DNA of 64,000 bases. Source: Eledone cirrhosa. Taxonomy: Eukaryota. Positions 54,131 through 64,000 of the stretch are shown piece after piece. Positions within the stretch are counted from its first letter, which is position 1. The number at the start of each line of letters is the position of its first letter. The position numbers and the translations under genes are program-made. The DNA is taken from positions 22,444,001 through 22,508,000 of the forward strand of contig OZ024754.1 in assembly GCA_964016885.1 (NCBI GenBank), read 5' to 3'. Under the pieces are notes generated by a model. That model ran no database searches. It was given only the letters and a program-made list of their open reading frames with translations, and had not been told where the DNA came from.

Positions 54131-56345
54131 TTTCATTAGTGCTATTATCATTATTATTATTGCTACTAGAAATCTCTGGTACTATGTTGCCCTGTAAGTT
54201 TACCTCCTGCTGTGATTTAATTAGTTGGAAATAATTATTAATCTTCCTTTTATTACTACTAGCTATATGGTATGCTATATTAGGTGTGGTAGAGTAAGAA
54301 ATTTTAATGGTATTTTTATTGATAAGATTATGGTATTTATGGCCGACTGGGAAGTTCTTTTCCAAGATTGAGAAGAAAGCCTTAGGTAAGTTTGTAGAGA
54401 CATTTAGATTGAAAGGGGATTGAAGAATGTATTAGTTCTTCTATTTTTGTTTTTTGTAATTTTATTTGAAATATTGTTTATATTTCTGTTTATACTATTA
54501 TTGTGGTGTTTATTCTGGTGCGAGTTAAGTTTGACGTTACCCTTTGTATTAGAGTTAGAGTGACTAGTACTTTTATTATTTTTCCTCATGGCCATATTGT
54601 GAGAAATAATGTTTTAACTATGTGATTTTATAGGTAGAAATTTAATCTCATTTTTATGTCCTGATTTAGCTAAGGCCTCATTATAGTATTGGGAATTATT
54701 GTTAAATATGGTTTCGTTATATGATAGATTAGAGATTCTATTTGATATTCCTTTAGTAATTGAGTTTAATATAGATTTAGGGTGGTTAGAGTTGATATCT
54801 ACGTAAAGTAGTTTTTCGTTTGGTTTATGGAAGGGTGTATATATTTTAGAGTTCAGGTAAAGGGTAACATCAAGGAAGTAAACGTTAACTTCCTTAAATG
54901 TGTGTTTATGGTTATTTCAGCGTTCTTTGAATTTTGTAGAAGTGGCACCAATATAGTTAAATATTTTGTCTCTAGTTTTAACTGTGCATTTATAAACTAC
55001 GTTTTTGTCTAAACAATTATTTTGTAAAGGGCAGTTTGATTTGATTCTACAGTTACATTTCTGGAGTTGTTGTTGTTCGGAACGGTACTATTATTCTGAC
55101 TATTGTTGTTAGAAATATTATTATTGCTATTTTGGTTAGTTTGGTTAGGGTTTAAATTTAAGTTTCTATTATTAATTCTATTTATATTTTGTGCTATGTT
55201 CATAGTAGTAGAGTAGGATAGTTTTATAGTGTGTCTGTTAAAAATAGAGGGGTATCTGTGGGCTTTAGGGAAACATTTATCTAGTGCTTTAAAGAATAGC
55301 TTTGCTGAAAGTGTTTTTAACGCTTAATGAGAATGGGGGAGAGTACCAAATAATATTTTTAGTTCTAGTTTTTTTGTTTGGTTTAGCGTTTAAGTTAAAT
55401 TGTTTATTATTATTATAATTAATTCTAGGATGATTTGTCATGTTATTGTTATCTATGTATTTAATTTTATTCGAGTATCCTGCTCTATGTAAAGCTTCAT
55501 TATAATATTCTGCTTTATCATCAAAAATATTTTTATTAGCAGAGATGTGTGAAATCCGTTGTTGGACGCTATTGGCAATAGTGTTTTTTTATATTTCTAG
55601 GATGATTAGAATTGAAACTTACGTAATTTAGATTTTCGTTAATTTTATGGAAAGGATAGTAAAGACTTGTGCTAAGGTTTAATGTTACGTCTAAGAAGTT
55701 AACGATTTTGTAGTTATTCTCTATTTCTAACTTGAGGTTGTAGTTTTTGAAAAATTGTATTATGGATTTCCTTTTCCTATTAATTTCACTATTGCTATAG
55801 TTTTCAATTAAAAGTAACATATCGTCACGATATAAACCTCCGGTTATCTTTGGCATTTTCCTATGCAGTACATTATTAATGAATAATCCAACGAGGTCCG
55901 CTACTTGCGCCGAGTCAGATGATCGCATAGTAATATCAAAATTGTTTTTTCTGTCGGCTCTTGTCCAGAGATGATTATTAAATTCTATTAGGGTTTTACG
56001 TGCTGTTAGAATTATATTCATTTAATCACTAGATAGGTCTGTATGTTTAGACGCGTAGATAAGTACCTTATTAAGTAAACTAGGAGTAATAGCCATTTGA
56101 ATGAATTTTTGTTATGTTTTAATTTTATGTTATTGAACCAATCTATAACTTCATTAGTACCGTTCCATAGTTTAAGGTGTGATTTTTCTTTAAGTAATGG
56201 TATAATTCTATCTAATATATGTTTGCTAATTATGCCCAAGTCCGATTTAGATGGTGGATGAGTCTGACTGGTAGTTCAATTTTAAAATTTCTTTTGTGCT
56301 CCTTCAGGTTAATTTTCGGTTTTCTAGGTATAAAGTGTTCAGTCC

Positions 56346-57909
56346 TATTTTGGATGCCTGCATAAGCACCTGCACACCGAAATATGGCTTTCTCAAAATT
56401 CTGTAACTTGTGTATCGAAGAAGTTTTTTTTATATAATTAACTGTCAAAACTTTATTAATCTTAGAACCAAATTATTCAGTTCTTGCAGACATCGCCAAA
56501 ATTCCACGTACAGAACTATTTGTAATTTATAATATTCCTATACACCCTCAAATTGATCATATCTTCTTTAAAAATTTAATTGTAAATTTAAAAAAAAAAT
56601 TTAAAATTTTTAAATATTTTTAATATTTTTAATATTTTTAATTTTTTTAATATATCTAATATTTTTAGCTTTTGACATTAATTTTTTTAATAGATATATA
56701 TATATATATTTCTTTTTATATTTTAAATTCTGACATTATTTTCCTAATGACACCCCTCTAAATATATTTTTTAGATGTAGATTGATAATCTTTAATTGAC
56801 ATTCTGAAAATGTATCCACTTTATGATAATTCTTCGAAATGCACATTACGGTTTTCCTCTCTTTTTGATATTCAAACTTTCACACATCTTTCGACTAAAA
56901 TAATTAATCTCACACAAAATAATATATCATTTTCTCTATATATTTACTGAGTAAATCATTCATCAAATTTAACGGTTAACAAACAAGATTGGAGTTATCT
57001 TTCCTTTCTCAATCGTGCAAACATAAACAAATTATGTACGATAATCTATATAACTTCGCTAAATTAACAATATTCTGAAAACATTTTCAATGTTGAACAA
57101 AATATTCGAATCTACAAATTGTTTTCCTCTCACAACTTGAACCACCTATTTTTTTAAATGTAAAATACAAACTCATATTAGAAATATAAACAATTAATAA
57201 TTGTAAATTATTTCTATTTCTATAATAGTAATATATACACAATTATTAATCTATATAGATATTTATATACATATAACCTATTGTAAGATAATAAGATAAA
57301 AATACTTACAACCATAATTCTTCATATAATCTAATTGATTATATATACCATATTATAACTCATAATATAGGTAAATAAATTTAAATTTAAACTCTGGAAT
57401 CATATTCCACTTTTTCCCCCAAAATTAACGTAAATACAAGCTCTTCTTCCTTTTCCTTTTCCTTTTTTCTTTTTTCTTTTCCTTTTCCTTTTTCTTCTTT
57501 ACTACGCATACATAAATATATCCTAATTATTTAAATTCTCCATAGCCTCTAAAATAACGTTTTTTCAGCCCTTTAGCGCAACCTCATTTGCATACTCATT
57601 TTAATAATTTGAAATATCTGACTTTTCTTCTCTTATCCCTTCACAACCCAAGGAAAACTTGAACCGTTAAGGTATTTTTCTTGGTTATGTCAAAATTTAT
57701 AAAACACACTTCGTATTTTTCTGATGAAAGCGTACCAAAGTGTTGGTACCCTTGAAATATACATAATAGAATAAATATGGTTTTATAAATATAGTTTCCA
57801 TTTATTTAATATCATTGAATATTATACTCCAGAAAACTTGTTGAGTACTCTGAATCAGTTATAAACACTTATATTTGTTGAATTACCAACAAAATGAATA
57901 ACCCTTTTG

Positions 57910-57912
<3 letters not shown>
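56346..57912 (+). mobile_element. PLE 'L': GIY-YIG C-terminus + 3'UTR, joined head-to-head to PLE K
   Basis: KFCNLCIEEVFF..INLRTKLFSSCRHRQ (about 56390-56505). Hammerhead-like CUGAUGA AAGCGUACCA..UGGUACCCUU GAAAUAUACAUA at 57721-57766. Confidence 0.75.
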
Positions 57913-57992
<80 letters not shown>

Positions 57993-58035
57993 TATACATA
58001 TATATATTTATATATATATATATATATACATATAT

Positions 58036-58066
<31 letters not shown>

Positions 58067-58113
58067 TACATATACACATATATATATATACATATATATA
58101 TATATACATATAT

Positions 58114-58144
<31 letters not shown>

Positions 58145-58194
58145 TACATATACACATATATATATATACATATATATATATATACATATATATA

Positions 58195-60944
58195 AGAGAG
58201 TATTCAAGTTTGCTTGAAGCATTGTGGAATAATAAGATTTTTTGGGGGGCGTTTTGGGAGCCTCAACAATGCAGATGGGTAAATCTCCGGGTAACAGAAT
58301 CCGGTGGTGAAGAGAGAGATGTAAGGGAATGTAGAATGAGATGTATAGTGTGTAGAGGAACGTAGGAAAGAGCGTAAAAAATAAAAATAATAACACGAGA
58401 TAGAGTTACCTTGGGAGAGATTTAATTGTCCCTATATTTCGGATTCGCATCCATCAACTGGGGGAAGTTATCTGTCGGAGAGGAACGGTAGGTGGCTTCT
58501 GTTGTCCGCTGTTTGTGTGTAACTGAGGTATTCTGTAGAGCGCACGTGCGCGCGGAATAGGTGCCGTCAAGCAAAGGTCGAAGCAGTTCTTTTTATTGTG
58601 GGAGTGGGATGGCGTTAGCTGTCAATCTACTACCTATATGTACTGTTTTTTGGTACTAGCAGTGTAGTATAGTAGTATAGTAGTAGTTTGCCTGGTTGCT
58701 TGTTGGTCGGTGGATGGTGGGGGTGCTAAACACACAATAACAATCGTTCTAATGCCACTGTGTGTGTGTGTGCGTGTGTTGTTGTCTCGTTTGTTTACAC
58801 CAGCCACCTCGTCTCGCTTCTCTTGGATCGGTTATTTATTTGTGGTCCTAGGCGTTTGACCTAAAGTGCTTCCTTGATTCGTAACGTGCCGACGTTGCGT
58901 TCTGTCGCTAGCACTGTGACAATGGGCCTTCCGTCTTTGTTTCCGCATTTGCTTATGTGTTTCCGGAAAGACGGGGTCCTAGTGTTGATGTGCTCCTTGA
59001 TTCGGATATGTAGCGGCCGGATTGTGCTACCGATACAGTAGTGGTTGCACTTATCACATTCTACCTTGTATACAACGTATGTGCGTAAGCAACAGTTCGT
59101 ATGGCGCATCGGACAGCTTCTGAGGGAACACGCGTCAGTCGATTTGCCGGGTTTCCTGGAGAGGCATCTCCGCAGGGAGGGGCCCGAGTGGGCCAGGTGG
59201 ATGTCGAGGCCCTCTCTCCGTATAGCCCTGCGGATAGCGCTGGTGGTTTTCTCGCCCAGGTGTGGTATTTTAAGGAAGCACTTGCCTTGGGTGTTTCTCT
59301 GCCTCTTGCGTCAGGTGTCTCTTACTCTGTTTGTGAGCGAGGCTGGGTATCCGTTCGTCTCCAGCACTCTGAGGAATCGTTTGGTGTGGGTGACACTACT
59401 CACGGGATCGCTGCATCTGTTTTTAATTCGCGTGATCTCTTTTAGCACTGTTAGGGAGGACAGACTTGTAGTGGACGAACAAGTCCTTGCAGGCTGCCTT
59501 GCGGTAGAAGTTGGTGTGGAACCCTCCCTGCTCCGTGATGTTGATTCAGAAGTCGAGGAGGACAAGGGACCCATCGTCGTTGGGGTGTTCAACACTGAAA
59601 ACAATATTCTCGTCCGTGTTGTTGAACGTCTCATAAATTCCGTTCGCCATCTCCTGGGAAGATGTGAGGATGTGGATGACGTCCACGTACCTTGAGAAAA
59701 AGGCGGCGGCGTTGGGGTGACAGGTGTTGAGTGCCTTGCGCTCGAGGCTGTTCATGTATGAGCTCGCTAGCACACCTGATAGGCTTGAGCTCATGGGCAG
59801 CCCCGAGATTTGCCGGTATGTTTGGTCGAGAAAACTGAAATACGTGTTGTCAACGACGACAGATAGGACTGGTGGATGTGAGTGGGGGTGAGCCTGAAGC
59901 AGTGTAGGTAAATTGAACGCGTTCCATCAGTATATCAACGGCCGGGAGCGCCGGGACCGAGGTGTAAAGAGCGACCACATCAAGGCTGAAGGCATACCTG
60001 TGAGCCTTTCTGGTGTCGGGATCCATCTGATGCAGGCGCTCCAACACCTCCTCGGAGCTGTTTACGTGTCCCGGCAAGGTGTCTAGGATGGGTTTGAGTA
60101 TTCTGGCTAGGAGCCATGAAATTTTGTAGAGCGGCCCTTCCACGCTCGATACAATAGGTCTGATCTTCAGGTCGGGTCCCTGTTTGTGTGTTTTAACAAG
60201 GTGGTAGAAGGCGGGTAGTCTGCTGTTCCTCGTGAGGAGGTTGTATCTGAACTTCTTCGGGAGCTTCCGCCGGTCACAGATCTTGGTCCAGGCGGCGTTG
60301 ATGTGCTCCTCGATCTACGCGGGAGTGATTCCGTGACCTTGGAGTAGAGGTTGTCATCGTCAAGGTGTTGGAGGGCCAGGGTGTTGTAGGCCTCTCTGCT
60401 GATGACGCAGAATTCTTTTCCCTTGTCGGAGGGAGGTAGATGAGGTTCTTCGATTTCAGGCTGGAGAGAGTGGTGAGTTGAGATTTAGTGAGGTTGTGTG
60501 TTGTCCGTGTGTGTGTGTGTTTGTGTAGGATATCAGAGTGTTTTAACCTGATGAGTTTGGTGTCGAGTTCGTGGTTGGTGGGTGGGGGGTGGAATGGGTT
60601 GTCGAGGTGGTGAGTGGGGAACTTGGGGCGGGTTGTGTGGGCGCTGTTATTTTCCGTGGCGCTGTTGATGGCGGTCACCCATTTAAGTTGGTAAGCGGCT
60701 CGACAGAAGTTGGCTTCGATGTCGAGTTTGAGTCTGTCGTCGAGCCGCTGTGAGACGATGAACTTGGGTCCGAGGCGTAGGAGTTCCAGCTCGTCGTTCG
60801 TGAGGGTGCCGGTTAGGTCGGTGACCAAGTGCGTCGCATTGTTGAGGTGTCGCTCGGTGTTGGTGGATGTGGCGGCGGCGGTTGTTATGTTGCAGTTTTT
60901 CACGTGGTTCTGGTCTGTCTGTTTGTTAGTGTCGGTGTTTTCGT

Positions 60945-60945
<1 letters not shown>
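58195..60945 (-). mobile_element. GC-rich PLE 'M' of a third clade (RT + Cys-linker + GIY-YIG), frameshifted
   Basis: LLRLGPKF; FYHLVKTHK..IRPIVSSVEGPLYKISWLL; FSLDVVALYTSVP; GLPMSSSLSGVLA; FFSRYVD; CSLRSCPM..CCL..VVYKVECDKCNHYCIGSTIRPLHIRIKEH. Decayed hammerhead GGAU GCGA AUCC GAAAUAUAG at about 58428-58465. Confidence 0.9.
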
Positions 60946-61028
<83 letters not shown>

Positions 61029-61391
61029 TATATATATACAATAAAGTATATCCATAGAATCATTTGATAAAATATATACATTATTTCCTCTCCCAATCAG
61101 CATAATCAACCACACAAAAAACCAATTAAACAAGGCTATAAGATTAAAAGACACCTATGAAGAAACAATAGATAAATAAACGACACCTATCTATTCGCGA
61201 TCAACAGCTATATTTACCCATCAATTCTAATAGCACGTGAAAATCGATTAAATATATCGTCAACCATACACAATTAGGTATAAAATCAAAGTTAGAAGAA
61301 AAGATGTATATAAACATACCAAAATTACGTTTCTACCCCATGGGGATTCATTCGCTTTTGGAAATATCCGATCAAGGATAAATTCACGAGC

Positions 61392-61420
61392 TTCGAAATC
61401 GTCAGGAAACAAACTCACTT

Positions 61421-61476
<56 letters not shown>

Positions 61477-61505
61477 AAGTGAGTTTGTTTCCTGACGATT
61501 TCGAA
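61392..61505. repeat. 31-bp inverted repeat flanking a (TA)n tract
   Basis: TTCGAAATCGTCAGGAAACAAACTCACTTGG-(AT)n-CCAAGTGAGTTTGTTTCCTGACGATTTCGAA. Confidence 0.9.
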
Positions 61506-61713
61506 TATATATATATTTCGATATATATATATATGAATATATATATATACACATATATATTTACATATATATACACATACATATACATATATACATATAT
61601 ATACATATATATACGTATATATATATACATATAAATACATATATATACGTATTTATATACATATAAATATATATATATACATATATATATATACATATAT
61701 AAATATATATACA

Positions 61714-61814
<101 letters not shown>

Positions 61815-61859
61815 ATAAATTAACGGAGGCATAGGCCGTCATATATATATATATATATA

Positions 61860-62841
61860 CAGGGTGTGGACAATATTTGTTCGCAATTTTCAACTGCTAA
61901 TTTTATGCAAATTCTTTTTACTTCCGTAAAAACAGTGACTATATTTCCATTATTTATTTTCAGAATATTTGATTACGAATAATTTTGAACCTCCAAATTT
62001 GTGGAAGAGACACGGAGTTCTTCTTGGAATCCCCGCCGTGAGGACAAATAAGGAAATTTCAGACTTTCTCAGCGTCAGCAGGAGAATGGTGGAAAAGGTC
62101 AGAAAGGAATTGGAAGATTCAGGATTCGACTACGAAGCAACATCAGAGAGGAAAACACATGATCGACGATCTGACGCCTTCAGAACGCCCGAGTTTGTCG
62201 CTGAAGTTCAGGATATCATCAACAATGAACTTAGCAAGTCGATGCGTGCCATTGCAAGGGAGAAAGGCGTGGATGAAAAGCTCATTAGGCTGGTGGTACA
62301 TGAAGACATTCGCCACGTTTTATACAAGATGAAGAAAGGATAATTTCTGTCAAAGGCGATGCAAAAAAGCGACTGAAGCACGCAAAGAAGCTGATCAACA
62401 AGTTGAAACACCCACTGGAGCCAGACATGCTGTCGTTTTTCTACGACGAGAAAAACTTCTTCCAAGACCAGAAGATCAACTCCCAGAACAACAGGTGGCT
62501 CGCTGTCTCATCCAAAGACGTGCCCAGAGTCATGCAGACAAAGTTTCCAGCGACAACGATCACCAACAGATCTAGCTGCAATACGAAAGACGATCTGAAG
62601 GCCAGGATCACAAGTGCCTTTAGGGGCCTGAGTCTGGGGACAGTGACGAAGACCTGTAGCCGGTTCCGAGGCCGCCTTGAGGCCGTCATCAAAGCCAATG
62701 GTGGGTTTATCGAGTGAGATCGAAAGAACAAGTCATGAAGACAAACTAACCCAAGTTTGATAAACATATCTTAAAAGATAAAACTACTGTCTTATTTTTT
62801 CCTAGACAGTAATCTTGCGAACAAATATCGTCCGCACCGTG
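61860..62841 (+). mobile_element. Tc1/mariner-superfamily (DD37D/maT-like) transposon, internally deleted
   Basis: About 28-bp TIRs CAGGGTGTGGACAATATTTGTTCGCAA / TTGCGAACAAATATCGTCCGCACCGTG and TA target sites. HTH region plus FFYDEKNF..NSQNNRWLA..TKFPAT, fused to the C-terminal CSRFRGRLEAVIKANGGFIE. Confidence 0.92.
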
Positions 62842-62846
62842 TATCA

Positions 62847-63798
62847 TCTATATATATAAAACTGTGGTTGTCTGTCTGTCTATCGATTTTTGGCACACAT
62901 CTCCTCTTAGAATCTCTCACGGAATTGCACCGAAATTGCTATACTTGTACATTGAGCCCTAGCGAAGACATCGGAAAAAAAAAATTTCAAATTGACCCAC
63001 CCTATGTGACGAAATCGAATATAATGTATCGATTTTTGAGCGTAAGTTATCAGTTATTTCCCTTTGTTCTGTTTACATTGAGCGTCTTACATAAAAAATT
63101 ACGCTGGCTTTCTCAGCGTTTAAAATGACATTAACACAATACACGAACAGACAGTTGTCGAGCCAGCAAAATATTGACCTGCAAAATTCATCAGTTCGAA
63201 CACTAAGCTTCCGTTTTGCTTCATTTCCATTTAAAAGCATTTTAAAACAATATTTTTACTTGAAAACAAGTCTATTTAAAGACTACGTAAAACAAGCAAA
63301 TATTTCGTCGTTAGGCGTGCAGACAGACAGTCGTGCAGACAGACAGTCGTGCAGAGAGGTGATATACGCGTGCAGACAGACAGTCGTGCAGAGAGGTGAT
63401 ATAGGCGTGCAGACAGACAGTCGTGCAGAGAGGTGATATAGGCGTGTAGACAGATAGTCCTGCAGAGAGGTGATATAGGCGTGCAGACAGACATAACTGA
63501 TAATTTGGTTACGCTAATGTTTTTCTCTGCGTTGCAGTGTTTACATTTTCGATCTTTGTTAATAAATAACCAGTGCAGTTTTTATCCCCAGCATCCTCTT
63601 TTGTTATAACATTGGGGTTATCGTTATGTTTTCTTAACTTCATAAGGCATATTGTTGGTTGAGGGAATATTAATCAAAAACACCACATGCAAGTCTGCAC
63701 AGTAGACACTACAGTTTTTAAGCCAATAAAGAAACTTAACATTGTAACTTTAACACAGCTACTGAGCGACCCCGAGCAACGCCGGGCTTTACTGCTAG
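62847..63798 (+). mobile_element. Non-autonomous Helitron
   Basis: A|TCTATATATATAAAA..(GTCT)n 5' end and 3' hairpin CCCGAGCAACGCCGGG + CTAG|T. Confidence 0.85.
63313..63495. repeat. About 38-bp tandem repeat inside the Helitron
   Basis: GGCGTGCAGACAGACAGTCGTGCAGAGAGGTGATATA repeated 4-5 times. Confidence 0.88.
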
Positions 63799-64000
63799 TA
63801 ATCTATAAAGCTCAGTGTGTGGTCATGCTCCTTTCTTATAGAAATCTACGATATAGAATTTCTTCAATTGAAATTTACAATTCAGTATTCGAAATAGTTT
63901 CGATTGCGTCTTGGCACATCTCATTTTTTCAATTTCACCCACAATTACGCAAAAAATAGATAAAACTCAATATTTTACGATTTTTCTCTGTCATTTAAAC

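Larger units (their letters stand above)
51860..56345 (-). mobile_element. PLE 'K': chimeric tandem of two different YRDD-type PLE ORF remnants plus long 3'UTR
   Basis: RT 55560-56345 (ITMRSSDSAQVADLVGLF, GGLYRDD), linker and GIY-YIG start to about 54890. A second RT thumb/linker/GIY-YIG follows at 53400-54885. Hammerhead-like CCGAUGA UUCCAAAC GAUU GUUUGGAA GAAAC GAUU GUC at about 51897-51946. Confidence 0.87.

Noticed and set aside
58195-60945. Selenoprotein-type (Naiad-like) recoding with SECIS
   Set aside because: No in-frame UGA at Cys positions in the linker/GIY-YIG region read, and no convincing SECIS seen. Stops in the other PLEs look like decay.

Overview
Eukaryotic, AT-rich, repeat-dominated window. 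It is most likely from an octopod cephalopod, inferred from the SINE family, RTE LINEs and abundant (TA)n tracts rather than from a database search. The only host gene sequence is the last exon of the spliceosomal Sm D2 gene (4830-5004), preceded by a 4.4-kb intronic 15-bp minisatellite. The rest is decayed mobile DNA: three RTE LINE copies, a CR1-like RT fragment, tRNA-derived SINEs, non-autonomous Helitrons, an internally deleted DD37D/maT-type transposon and about a dozen Penelope-like elements (PLEs; RT + GIY-YIG). The PLEs sit in (TA)n tracts, often as fold-back structures with inverted pseudo-LTR arms. By-eye folding finds more than 20 type I hammerhead ribozyme motifs in the PLE termini. 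In seven unrelated repeat families helix II is expanded to about 60-110 nt, usually with a mismatched 10.1-11.1 closing pair. One ORF-less family has a covarying pseudoknot between its 5' flank and loop II, and a 628-nt ORF-less unit has a terminal redundancy suggestive of a retrozyme-like circular RNA. All folds and boundaries are manual and approximate.
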